In this document: one piece after another, positions 1-9,366 of the stretch
Position numbering within the stretch: the stretch's first letter is position 1
How the letters are laid out: every line of letters begins with the position of its first letter
Source of the DNA: a virus
Lineage: Duplodnaviria > Heunggongvirae > Uroviricota > Caudoviricetes
Length of the DNA stretch: 64,000 bases
Virus record (IMG/VR): IMGVR_UViG_3300037280_000066
Span: 118,061-182,060 of that record
Direction: 5' to 3' (one strand)
Translations under genes and position numbers: made by a program
The notes under the pieces: generated by a model
Seen by the model: only the letters and a program-made list of their open reading frames with translations
The model's database searches: none
Told to the model about the DNA's origin: nothing

Positions 1-753
1 ATGTTGTGAATAAACACTACAATCACAATAAAGAGTAAATCCTGCATCTTTTACAGTTCTTGAGAAAGGTTCATCCTCTCCCTGTTTATTCCATGAATAC
101 TTTGCAACCCTACATACATCTAAGGAAGCTAAAAATACAGCTCCTGTAAAATCTGTCTCTACCAATGTTCCCACTGGATTAAGGTTTGGGTTTTTTACTT
201 TATAATTAACAATATGGGTATATCCATCCCTTACATTACCCTTTAATATATTAGGGTATTTGTAGGCATTAGCAACTGTGTCATAATTGCTAGAAGCATC
301 AAAAGGTCTAAACAAGTAACCATTATATATCAATCCTGCCACGAATGGCTTTTCATGCTCTAATAATCTTTTTAAGATATTAGGAGAAACTAAAATATCA
401 GAATCACAACTAAACAAATAATCATAACCCTTACTATAACACTCTTTCAACATTTTATTTCTTAATTCACTCAACCAATCATAGGTGTGTTTTTCTCTAA
501 TTTCTGTTACTCTCTCGTCCTTAAATTTGTTCCTGCTATTATATACTTCAATCTTTATACCACCATATTCTGCTTCATGATTAGCCTTAAATTCTTTTAA
601 GATTTCATGAGAATTATCAGTTGTATTGTTGATTATAAAATAAAAACATATCAAATCTTTTGGATAATCTATTTTTAAAATGTGATTTAAATAATGAGAA
701 AGTACCCATTCCCTGTTAGATACTGGACAGGCTATCAAAATCTTTTTATCCAT
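1..753 (-). CDS. glycosyltransferase-like protein, distal part outside window
   Basis: Minus-strand open frame from ATG 751-753 (AAAGGAG 8 nt upstream) to window edge without stop; DxD-like CDSDIL motif; absent from ORF track because unterminated. Confidence 0.45.
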   Translation of the reverse strand, partial: MDKKILIACPVSNREWVLSHYLNHILKIDYPKDLICFYFIINNTTDNSHEILKEFKANHEAEYGGIKIEVYNSRNKFKDERVTEIREKHTYDWLSELRNKMLKECYSKGYDYLFSCDSDILVSPNILKRLLEHEKPFVAGLIYNGYLFRPFDASSNYDTVANAYKYPNILKGNVRDGYTHIVNYKVKNPNLNPVGTLVETDFTGAVFLASLDVCRVAKYSWNKQGEDEPFSRTVKDAGFTLYCDCSVYSQH

Positions 754-838
754 CTTAAGCTCCTTTTATTCGTTTTATTAAAAAAAATAGAGGGGAATTA
801 CACCCCTCCATATATGAATCTTTAAAACTATGCAATTA

Positions 839-1648
839 TTACACTAATTCAAACATCTTCATGTAAACTTTGTCAGTTCCACCTGCTCCATCAGATTGTG
901 ATTCTGGATAAATATCAAATTCAATACTTAACTTAGTTGCTTCTGTTGGGGCCATTGTTAATGTCCAGTTGTTCTTTGGTTTAGCTTTGAAAATTTTGAA
1001 GATAGTTGGATAGTTGTTACCATCAACTTCATCAGAAATTATTCCATAACCATTCATAGAAACATATTTACAGAATTTGTCTGCTACCATTGTAATAGTT
1101 CTTGTTAATGCTGATACAGTAGTATAATTATAACTTACAACAAGTACTGTTCCTGCTGGTGCAGTAGTAGTATTTAATGTAATGATGTTATTTGCAATAC
1201 TGTATGTATTTGGTGTAGAACCAGGTGTACCAAGAGTTTGTTCTACTCCATTATCTCTATCTCCAACTAATAAGAACACTCTTAAAGCTCCTGCTGTTCC
1301 TGCTAATGGTGTAGCTGATAATGTTAAAGTAGGTGTTGCTCCCACTGTAGTAACAATTTCTCTTTTTGGCACTGTTACTGCACCAACTGCTAATGGTTTT
1401 CCTGATAAATAAGCAATGAATTCAAGGTCAACGATAGGTAATTCACATTTCATTGTCATGTTTTTTGTGTGGTCAAAACTCATGATTTTATAGTTACCTT
1501 GTCCCCCTCTTAAATCAAGTCTATCTGCTGTTGAGTCAATTGTTGTGTTTGTTGCATAATCTGCAAAAAACATTTGCTTACCAGTTACATAATCCATGAT
1601 TTCAAGATTAAGTACTTCTTTTATACCTAACTGTTTTGAAGCTGCCAT
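839..1648 (-). CDS. phage structural protein (possible major tail/tube protein)
   Basis: Track ORF 839-1666; start moved to ATG at 1648 (MAASKQ) behind GGAGGA; T/A/G/V-rich beta-type composition; lies downstream of head genes. Confidence 0.45.
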   Translation of the reverse strand: MAASKQLGIKEVLNLEIMDYVTGKQMFFADYATNTTIDSTADRLDLRGGQGNYKIMSFDHTKNMTMKCELPIVDLEFIAYLSGKPLAVGAVTVPKREIVTTVGATPTLTLSATPLAGTAGALRVFLLVGDRDNGVEQTLGTPGSTPNTYSIANNIITLNTTTAPAGTVLVVSYNYTTVSALTRTITMVADKFCKYVSMNGYGIISDEVDGNNYPTIFKIFKAKPKNNWTLTMAPTEATKLSIEFDIYPESQSDGAGGTDKVYMKMFELV

Positions 1649-1679
1649 ATTTCTTTCCTCCTTCAATTTTTATTATTGT

Positions 1680-2429
1680 TTATTTTTGTTTTGAAGACCA
1701 ATGAGATAGTTTAACTTCCTCACTAGAAGCACCATGCAATAAACTTTCTATATTGATAAAATATTCATCTATAGCATTTAGTCTTTTATATTGGTCAATC
1801 AATTGATATATTGATAAACTCCCAACATTAAATAAATTAATGGAAGGATGTTTAGCACTCACAGAAGATACTATATCTGACATATCTGTATCTTGTTTGT
1901 TATACTTAGCTCTGGCTTTATTTAATTGCCTATACATATCTTTTTCAGCTTCATTCTTTGGCTTTCTACGCTTATTAGTAGGCTTTTGTGGAATACAATT
2001 TTGCTCTTTTAATAAATCAATAAAGAAACTAAAATTAGCAATATGTATAAATCTACCCTCATTTATATCATGCACATAAAAATATCCACCTTTACAATAT
2101 TCATCTTCCATTATTTTGAAAAAATGAACATCTTCTTCAAGGAAAAATGATAAAGCTTGTTCCATTTTTATTTTAAAGTCTTCATTATTAACACAATTAC
2201 TTAAGATAAAATCAAATGGATTAATATCTTGAAAATCATCATTCATATCTAATATTTCATAAATATCATCAGATGTAAGACATAACATACTTAAATATTG
2301 ATTATATATATCAAAACCAATTTCTAGAAGACTATTAATAGTTTTAGGCTTTAAAACTCCAATCGTTGACAATTCAATAGGTTCACCTAACATCATTTTC
2401 ATGTTAACATCTTGTTCATTAAATATCAT
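1680..2429 (-). CDS. hypothetical protein (late operon)
   Basis: Track ORF 249 aa; AGGTGA-type RBS; tightly packed in leftward late operon. Confidence 0.55.
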   Translation of the reverse strand: MIFNEQDVNMKMMLGEPIELSTIGVLKPKTINSLLEIGFDIYNQYLSMLCLTSDDIYEILDMNDDFQDINPFDFILSNCVNNEDFKIKMEQALSFFLEEDVHFFKIMEDEYCKGGYFYVHDINEGRFIHIANFSFFIDLLKEQNCIPQKPTNKRRKPKNEAEKDMYRQLNKARAKYNKQDTDMSDIVSSVSAKHPSINLFNVGSLSIYQLIDQYKRLNAIDEYFINIESLLHGASSEEVKLSHWSSKQK

Positions 2430-2439
2430 GTTATATCAC

Positions 2440-2949
2440 CTACCTACTCTGCAATGGAAAATCTTTTGCTTCTAAGCAATATGAATATCCCCAAAAGTAA
2501 TCATTAAACTTTTGAAGTCTTCCACTTTTAAAATTGTTCTTACCTATACCAACAGTAGCTTTCCTTTTAAACGTTTTACTTAGTTCATCCCATATTCCAT
2601 TTACTCTTAGTTTTACCTCATTAGAACCATCATCTAGTTCCCATAATCTCACATTGCAAGCAATGATAAACTCAACAGTCATATCTTCATAATATTTTGT
2701 ATCACTATCTAGTTGAAAATCATTAATCATGATTGTTAAAGTTGTCTTTGTTTTATCTGTCACATCAACTGTAAATGGTGTAATGAAAATTTTTTGATTG
2801 TCTTTATCATCTTTTAAAACTTTTGTGTTTGCAATAGTTGCTTGTGCTAATGGATTTCTCACATCATAAAACAAATATTTGCATAAGTTTTGGTTTGCAT
2901 AAATTTTTGTTAAAATATCATTTAGATATTTATCAATACCTTCTGCCAT
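2440..2949 (-). CDS. hypothetical protein (late operon)
   Basis: Track ORF 169 aa; AAGGAGG RBS. Confidence 0.55.
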   Translation of the reverse strand: MAEGIDKYLNDILTKIYANQNLCKYLFYDVRNPLAQATIANTKVLKDDKDNQKIFITPFTVDVTDKTKTTLTIMINDFQLDSDTKYYEDMTVEFIIACNVRLWELDDGSNEVKLRVNGIWDELSKTFKRKATVGIGKNNFKSGRLQKFNDYFWGYSYCLEAKDFPLQSR

Positions 2950-2968
2950 AACTTACCTCCTTTAATCC

Positions 2969-3745
2969 TTAAAAATACTCTTGCCAAGCAATTCCATTAA
3001 CTAAATCATCCATACCTGTGTTGATTTCACTTAATTCTAATTGTAACTTAATAATACCACTATTCTCACTAGCTAAATTGTTATTAGTAGTTCTATTCAT
3101 AGTAATATTATCGAAAGATGTAGTTTTCCAGTTTTGGAATGGATTCCCCAATAAGAATCTAGTACCACCTCTGTCTGTATACTTTATTTTTCTACCATTT
3201 ATATCATTTGGAATTTGTACATTCAATTTGTTTTCTGGTAAAATAATAAACTGTTCTTCTTTTAAACCACGCATAATATATTTATTAGCACACCCATCAA
3301 CTTCAATAATGTTTGTGTTTAAAGGAGTACTTGTGGTAAATCTTAATTTAGCATTACATCTTTGAACTAGTACAGAGTTTGTTATAGAACTTATTTTGGA
3401 AGTATTTATAACCAACCATCTGTAATTTTGGAATTCAAAAACATCACCTAAATATACTTGATAATTAAAGTCTTTAAAGATTATATGAAAGAAATCATCT
3501 TTAATCATTGAAAGTTGTTTAATTTCAAATGGAACAACTAATCTAGCTCTTATATCTGTCCATTGCTCATGACTAGATGAATATTCATCAGTCAATTTTG
3601 TCCTGTGTTTTACTGTATAAATGTTACTTGATATCTCAAACACACTATCTGCTATAGCCTGTAAATGCCCCTGAAAGTATTCAACTGGACTAGATGATAT
3701 CAATGTATTGTAGGTTAAATAAGCATTATAAGATTCAAATCCCAT
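2969..3745 (-). CDS. hypothetical structural protein
   Basis: Track ORF 258 aa; GGAGGG RBS. Confidence 0.55.
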   Translation of the reverse strand: MGFESYNAYLTYNTLISSSPVEYFQGHLQAIADSVFEISSNIYTVKHRTKLTDEYSSSHEQWTDIRARLVVPFEIKQLSMIKDDFFHIIFKDFNYQVYLGDVFEFQNYRWLVINTSKISSITNSVLVQRCNAKLRFTTSTPLNTNIIEVDGCANKYIMRGLKEEQFIILPENKLNVQIPNDINGRKIKYTDRGGTRFLLGNPFQNWKTTSFDNITMNRTTNNNLASENSGIIKLQLELSEINTGMDDLVNGIAWQEYF

Positions 3746-3747
3746 AC

Positions 3748-4065
3748 TTATCCCTCCAATTCAAGTTCTAGTTTTTTAATTACTTTCTGACATATCGAAA
3801 TATTTTCCTTTATTATTGAATTGTGCAATGTGATATCATTAATTTCAAATAATGATTCAAGATTGAATATGATTTCAATAAATAAACTGTCAGATATTAT
3901 TAACCTATTCCCACCATGTAATTGTTGTATTAGTTTCATTAAATATCTATCATAAGTAGAATCTTTGTTTTCTTTCATAGGCATAAGCTTATATGATTGA
4001 TTAACAAGTCTCTTAAAATATAGTATTAAATCACTATTTGGTAATTCTCCATATTTAGTTTCCAT
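3748..4065 (-). CDS. hypothetical protein
   Basis: Track ORF 105 aa; GGGGGGAG RBS; 2-nt gap to neighbours. Confidence 0.5.
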   Translation of the reverse strand: METKYGELPNSDLILYFKRLVNQSYKLMPMKENKDSTYDRYLMKLIQQLHGGNRLIISDSLFIEIIFNLESLFEINDITLHNSIIKENISICQKVIKKLELELEG

Positions 4066-4068
4066 AAC

Positions 4069-4515
4069 TTAACTCCCCCCTAATAGTGAGAAATCAAGCG
4101 TAGCATATCCATATTGAGTTATGAGCTTGTCTGTTGATTCTCTTGTAGTTATCAATAAATCTTTTTTCTCACGCAAATTCTGTGATTCTGAGAACATTTT
4201 AAAATCAGTATCATTTAAAAATCTACGCAATTCCATAATACTATGTACCTCTTTTGAACACCACTCTACAACCATCATACTAGCTAATATTTCTTGTTCT
4301 AAATCTGTTAGAACAATATTAAACACTTGAGTGGTATCATCTCTTTGTGATAATTTTTGGTTACATTGTGTGAATTTAGGTATAGCACTCACTAAAAACC
4401 CTTTTACATAATTGTTATATGCAGGTGTGGATGCTAAATAAATCTTATCTAAGTTAAAATCAGTTACTTTCATGCTGAATCTTGAATATACATCGGTGAA
4501 AAGAGTGTTATTCAT
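4069..4515 (-). CDS. hypothetical protein
   Basis: Track ORF 148 aa; GGGACGGTGA RBS. Confidence 0.55.
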   Translation of the reverse strand: MNNTLFTDVYSRFSMKVTDFNLDKIYLASTPAYNNYVKGFLVSAIPKFTQCNQKLSQRDDTTQVFNIVLTDLEQEILASMMVVEWCSKEVHSIMELRRFLNDTDFKMFSESQNLREKKDLLITTRESTDKLITQYGYATLDFSLLGGS

Positions 4516-4530
4516 TTGCCATCACCGTCC

Positions 4531-5187
4531 CTACTTTATATCATATTCTTTTAAGTTTTTAGCCATAACGTCTAAATCTTTTCCGTAAATTTTACTAATG
4601 AAATCAATCTTATTTCTATCTTGATATGCAGGTTTATTTGCTTGAATACCTCTTACGATTATATCTACAATACTAACCTTGATATTCTTAGCAACTTTGT
4701 TATATATTTCTTCGATTTTCTCTTTTGGTAAACTGATTATATTTTCAATTTTCTTTGCATCTATAATCTTTTCATAAGCTTCGCTTAAATATAAAAGCTT
4801 AATGGCATTTTCACTATGAATGTAAAAATAACCTTCTTCTGCAAATGTCCTAGCATTAGAACATGCATGATTTAAATCTTCAAAAGTTATAGGCATTGTT
4901 TGTCCAAATCTTTCAAATCTAATAACTTTCCCTTGAGAACCTATTAAACTTAATCCACCAGTAAACAAAGATGTTACATTGATTAAGTGTTGTGGAGATA
5001 CCTGTACCTCTTCTACTTCATCAAATTGCGTATCTTTTTCTTCTTCTACAACTGATTTACCTGATGTTGTTTCCTGTGATTTTTGTTGGTTTTGACCCTG
5101 CAAAAATTGCATCATCATTGCCTTTAAATCATTTACATCATTTTTTAATTGCTCTTGCTCTACTTGTGCTTTTGTTTTTACTGCCAT
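4531..5187 (-). CDS. hypothetical protein
   Basis: Track ORF 218 aa; AAAGGGGGAA RBS. Confidence 0.55.
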   Translation of the reverse strand: MAVKTKAQVEQEQLKNDVNDLKAMMMQFLQGQNQQKSQETTSGKSVVEEEKDTQFDEVEEVQVSPQHLINVTSLFTGGLSLIGSQGKVIRFERFGQTMPITFEDLNHACSNARTFAEEGYFYIHSENAIKLLYLSEAYEKIIDAKKIENIISLPKEKIEEIYNKVAKNIKVSIVDIIVRGIQANKPAYQDRNKIDFISKIYGKDLDVMAKNLKEYDIK

Positions 5188-5229
5188 TTGTGTTTCCCCC
5201 TTTTATTCGCTTCAATTATGGTTTACCTA

Positions 5230-5266
5230 ATAAAAAAATAGGGGATAAGTCTAAGACCTATCCCCT
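5230..5266 (-). terminator. Rho-independent terminator after putative capsid gene
   Basis: Hairpin AGGGGATA...TATCCCCT at 5240-5266; plus-strand A-run 5231-5239 gives a U-run on the minus transcript. Confidence 0.6.
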
Positions 5267-5295
5267 AAATATAAAACAAAAAACCTATGGTAAGA

Positions 5296-6390
5296 TTAAA
5301 CTTTCATAATACCATATCTTGCAGATGTTGCAACTTTAACATCATATCTTTTTGAGATAGTGTAGTTGTAAGTTAAGTCAGCATTTCCTGCGAAATCTGT
5401 TACTTGATTTACTAAAGTTTCACCTTCGAAACCAATTTTAACTGGTTTATCTAATCCCATAGAGAAGAAATAAAGTGTGTTATCATCAATTCCAAATGTT
5501 AATGTGTTAGGAGCAATTTTTTGTGGAATTTCTAACAAATCAATACCCATGTAGTTTCCTAAGTGTCCTAATTTGTTATATTCTTCTCCAAGAGGGAATT
5601 TGAAGTAGTTGTCAGAAGGAATAACTCCTGCTAAAGCAGCTTTTGTTCCCATAACGTATACTTTTGTTCCTCTGTTTAATGCTTCAACTCTTGCAGCTAA
5701 TTTAACGAAAGTTGTTTGTGTGAATGAAGCTTCTTTTAAGTTAGTGTCTAATGCACCATATGTGTTGAAAATTGCGTTGTAAACATCAATAGAAATTTGT
5801 GTTTCTAATGATTGTGCAACTCTTGCGATTAACATACCCCAATCAACTTTACCTGCGATGATTCTGTAGAAATCTTCTTCAATTGTAATCATTCTAGTTT
5901 CTGGTAATAATACCATATCTGCTTCATACAATCTTTGTGGTTCATTTTGTCTAACTCCATTACTAACTTTAGACACAACAAATAATGAAGGGTTTGGGAT
6001 AGTGAACTTTAAGCTATCTCCCCATGCAATGTTTCTTGTTTCAGCAAGTCTGTAAAAATCAGTTAAAACTGTGTTTGGAACTATTACATCTAAAACTTCT
6101 GATACAAGTGCGAAAACTTCTTCTCTTACAGATGTTTTTGCAAATGCTTTTGCATCAGTTGCCTTTGAAGCAGGAAGACCTGCGTTTGTTACTGCTTGAA
6201 GCATAATTGCTTTATTAAATTTTTCATGTTTTGATTCATAACCTTCACCAGTTGCGAATTCTGCGTATCCTTGTCTTCCTTGATTATGTAAATAGTGTTT
6301 GTAAAGCTCAACACCTGCTTTTACAACATCTTTGTCCTCAGCAGAAAAGCTTCTGTATCTTGGTGTATCTAAAACTTCCATCTTAACCAT
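5296..6390 (-). CDS. putative major capsid protein
   Basis: 364 aa; AAGGAGG RBS; directly downstream (in transcription) of the scaffold-like gene; terminator follows; the capsid assignment rests on position and size only. Confidence 0.5.
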   Translation of the reverse strand: MVKMEVLDTPRYRSFSAEDKDVVKAGVELYKHYLHNQGRQGYAEFATGEGYESKHEKFNKAIMLQAVTNAGLPASKATDAKAFAKTSVREEVFALVSEVLDVIVPNTVLTDFYRLAETRNIAWGDSLKFTIPNPSLFVVSKVSNGVRQNEPQRLYEADMVLLPETRMITIEEDFYRIIAGKVDWGMLIARVAQSLETQISIDVYNAIFNTYGALDTNLKEASFTQTTFVKLAARVEALNRGTKVYVMGTKAALAGVIPSDNYFKFPLGEEYNKLGHLGNYMGIDLLEIPQKIAPNTLTFGIDDNTLYFFSMGLDKPVKIGFEGETLVNQVTDFAGNADLTYNYTISKRYDVKVATSARYGIMKV

Positions 6391-6458
6391 GTTTATTTCC
6401 TCCTTATCGAGTTTTTGAATAATTGTTATAGTACTTGTATTACATTGTTAAACTAAGA

Positions 6459-6980
6459 TTATACTGCTGTTTGAACTTCTAATCTCCATCCTGCAACTTG
6501 TTCTGTTCCTACAAAGAATAAATCAGACGCAATAACGTTGAATATAATCTTAGAACCTGTTGCTGATGCTGATGGTGTTAACTTGAATGAACCTGCTGTT
6601 GGAATTGCGTATTGTCCTGCTGTAGGTGCTGATACGAATCCAGTTGTTGATAGGTAGCAAGAATCTCCATGTAAAAGTTTTCTAGCTCTTGCAATTCTTC
6701 CTACTGGAACATAGAATTCTCTTGGGTCTACTACATCAATAGCATATGCTCCACCAATTAAGTTTCTGATAGGTTCGTCAATTACAAAAACCTCTTGTGC
6801 TGATGGTGTTGCAGGTGTTGAACAAATCCAAAGGTCACCTTGGTTAGCTACTAAACCATTTAAAACTACAAAACTACCATTGTCCATATCTACTGCGTTA
6901 TTGATTACATTTTTTAAGTAAGAATCAATGTGCTTAGATACCATTTGTCCTGCTTGAAAAAGAACGTGAGTTGTTGCCAT
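6459..6980 (-). CDS. hypothetical head-associated protein
   Basis: Track ORF 173 aa; AAGGAGG RBS; lies between scaffold-like and capsid-like genes. Confidence 0.55.
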   Translation of the reverse strand: MATTHVLFQAGQMVSKHIDSYLKNVINNAVDMDNGSFVVLNGLVANQGDLWICSTPATPSAQEVFVIDEPIRNLIGGAYAIDVVDPREFYVPVGRIARARKLLHGDSCYLSTTGFVSAPTAGQYAIPTAGSFKLTPSASATGSKIIFNVIASDLFFVGTEQVAGWRLEVQTAV

Positions 6981-7026
6981 AATTATTTCCTCCTTATACG
7001 TTTCTAATATTTGTTATTATATGTTA

Positions 7027-8622
7027 TTATTTAGATACTCTTTTTGTAATACGAGTCCATAAATTATCTTCTGTAGACTCTAATTCATCTGTAGCATCTA
7101 GATTTACTGCCATACTGCTAAACTGTTTTGCACTTGTAACATTTTTAGATTTTAAAAGTTTATCACATGCAAATGCCTTGATATCAGTCTCAAATACTTT
7201 TACATCTTGGTATTGTTCAGACTTAACTTTCCATTCATCAATTTCTTCTTTTGATAAAACATTAGTTAAAATTGAGAAAGTATCTTTTAGTTTTTCAGCC
7301 TTTTCTATCTTTTCAATATCAGCTTTGTAAGTTTGCAAAGTATCTAATTCCTTAGAAAATTTATCTTTTGCTTCATTTGCTGACATTAATTCAGAATTCA
7401 ATGATAATAGAGCTGTGTCTTTTTCAGCCATTTGTGCTTGAAGTGCTTCAAATTTTGCAAATAAATCTGCATATTTTGCTTTGAAATCTTCATCATCAAA
7501 TTTTTCTTCTTCATCTGATTTAGCCATTTTGTCCTTACCACAAGACATATCTTCTTCATCATCAGCAGACATTTTTTCTTTATCATCTTCCTTGGCTTCT
7601 TCCTCAGATGTTTCCTTCTTTTCTTCTTTAGGGTCTTCTTTAGCTTCTGCATCATCTGTTTTAGCCATTTCTTCCTTAGAAGCATCTTTATCAGCATTTT
7701 TTAAGTCTTTATCATCTGGAATCTCTTTAGCCATCTTATCTTTTTCATCTACTTCTTCCTCAGTCTTTTTGTTATCATTTACTGCCATTTCCTGTACCTC
7801 CTTCATAAAGTTTTCTATTTCCATATATTCAGATTTTGAAAAACCTAAAATGGAAAAATTATCTTGCGAAAGTTTTAATTCTTCATATTGCATCTTTATA
7901 TGAGAAACAGTTTCCTCTGAGATATTATTAATATCCTTTTGGGCTGTTTTAACCTCCTGAATAAACTGTCTATTCACTTTGTTTGTGTTTGATTTTCTGC
8001 TGTTTAATCTTTCAGAGCTAGATATTTTTTTATCTTTATCATTATGATTAATGAATGTACTCCACTCTTTATCTAATATATCAAGTGTCTTTTCTTTACT
8101 AAACTCAACAACTTGTGCTGTAGTTCTATACATTCCAGTTTCATATCTGCTTCCAAGTAAACATACTGCTAAATAAGCATAACTATCCAATTGGATAAAA
8201 TTATCTTCTTCACGTTTATGTTCCTCAAACACTTGTATTTCCATGCTTATTCCTTTGGTATTATCTCTTTCAAATATCTCTAACGTAGCACTACTATAAT
8301 ATTTCCATATAATTGCATCTACTACAAGATAGTTTCTACCACTGATTTCCTCATAATGAATATTGCTTCCTTCTTTAGGTATAAATCCTACAGGAATAAC
8401 ATCAGGTTCATGTTCTTCAAAATCAGTGCCAAACTTATTAAGTTTCATAATAATAGGTTTATTCCATAATGTATCTTCTGCCATTTTCATGCTATCTAGA
8501 GATATGTAAGACCCATTTTTATTATCTAAGTCATGACATACATAAAGTCTTAATTTGGCAAATTGACTATTATTAATCTCTTCTAATTCGTATTTGTCAA
8601 TTGAGAAGGATAACTTTTTCAC
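7027..8622 (-). CDS. scaffold-like protein with acidic coiled-coil tail (possible prohead protease-scaffold fusion)
   Basis: 531 aa; GTG start 8 nt after AAGGAGG; C-terminal 200 aa extremely E/D/K-rich with heptad-like repeats; located between portal and capsid. Confidence 0.55.
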   Translation of the reverse strand: MKKLSFSIDKYELEEINNSQFAKLRLYVCHDLDNKNGSYISLDSMKMAEDTLWNKPIIMKLNKFGTDFEEHEPDVIPVGFIPKEGSNIHYEEISGRNYLVVDAIIWKYYSSATLEIFERDNTKGISMEIQVFEEHKREEDNFIQLDSYAYLAVCLLGSRYETGMYRTTAQVVEFSKEKTLDILDKEWSTFINHNDKDKKISSSERLNSRKSNTNKVNRQFIQEVKTAQKDINNISEETVSHIKMQYEELKLSQDNFSILGFSKSEYMEIENFMKEVQEMAVNDNKKTEEEVDEKDKMAKEIPDDKDLKNADKDASKEEMAKTDDAEAKEDPKEEKKETSEEEAKEDDKEKMSADDEEDMSCGKDKMAKSDEEEKFDDEDFKAKYADLFAKFEALQAQMAEKDTALLSLNSELMSANEAKDKFSKELDTLQTYKADIEKIEKAEKLKDTFSILTNVLSKEEIDEWKVKSEQYQDVKVFETDIKAFACDKLLKSKNVTSAKQFSSMAVNLDATDELESTEDNLWTRITKRVSK

Positions 8623-8641
8623 CTTTTCACCTCCTTATACT

Positions 8642-8863
8642 TTACTTAAATGCTAATGTTCCATTTTGTTTATTATCTGACCACTCTGTTAAAGCTTTGT
8701 CTAACAAGGGTGTCTTCAAGAATATCCATACAAATTTAAAGTCTTGTTTCTTTTTATTTACATAAGATATACCATGATTTTCTGTTAGGAAAACTTTTAA
8801 TTTAGGACTCTTACAATAAAATAACTTTTCTTCCATCATTTTTTCTACATTTCTTATAAACAT
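8642..8863 (-). CDS. hypothetical protein
   Basis: Track ORF 73 aa; GAGGGTGG RBS. Confidence 0.45.
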   Translation of the reverse strand: MFIRNVEKMMEEKLFYCKSPKLKVFLTENHGISYVNKKKQDFKFVWIFLKTPLLDKALTEWSDNKQNGTLAFK

Positions 8864-8874
8864 TTATCCACCCT

Positions 8875-9363
8875 CTATAATGAAAAAGTATTATCATATA
8901 GTTGAATCATTATCATGCTGTCACCAACATTTGTTAATTGGTCAACTAATGTCTGAGCTACATTTTCCTCTTCAATTTGTTCTACAATTAAATCTTTCAT
9001 TAACCATTCATATGTTAATAAATCACCATCTGCCCATGCTTGTTGAACCATCTCTTTAAGCATTGAAGTTGTTTTTTGCTCTACAGATAACACTGCTTGT
9101 GCAATATCTAAAATATTATTATATTGGAGATTAACACTTTCAACTTGAATAAAGTCAACATCAATATTCCTATCTTCACAATAAGAAACTAACTTCTCAT
9201 GGTGTCCCACTTCACCATCAGCTTGACTTTTCATGAAAGCACCAAGTTTATTTAATCCAATATTAGATAATCTATTTCCAAAATATCTATATATTTGATG
9301 ATTATGCATCTCATGGGAGATTTGTCTTTCGAATAAAGTTTTCATTGTTTCGCTAATATTCAT
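8875..9363 (-). CDS. hypothetical protein with two ExxH pairs (ferritin-like?)
   Basis: Track ORF 162 aa; AAGGAG RBS; EMHNH and GHHEK motifs. Confidence 0.5.
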   Translation of the reverse strand: MNISETMKTLFERQISHEMHNHQIYRYFGNRLSNIGLNKLGAFMKSQADGEVGHHEKLVSYCEDRNIDVDFIQVESVNLQYNNILDIAQAVLSVEQKTTSMLKEMVQQAWADGDLLTYEWLMKDLIVEQIEEENVAQTLVDQLTNVGDSMIMIQLYDNTFSL

Positions 9364-9366
9364 ACT

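Noticed and set aside
1182-6206. Antisense or alternate-frame ORFs at 1182-1412, 1840-2079, 3018-3365, 4121-4330, 4992-5309 and 6024-6206
   Set aside because: Each is embedded in a longer, RBS-supported late gene on the opposite strand. None has an RBS of its own.
7398-7903. Two ORFs (99 aa minus strand, 140 aa plus strand) inside the scaffold-like gene
   Set aside because: They lie in alternative or antisense frames of the low-complexity E/K/D-rich region. They are compositional artefacts.
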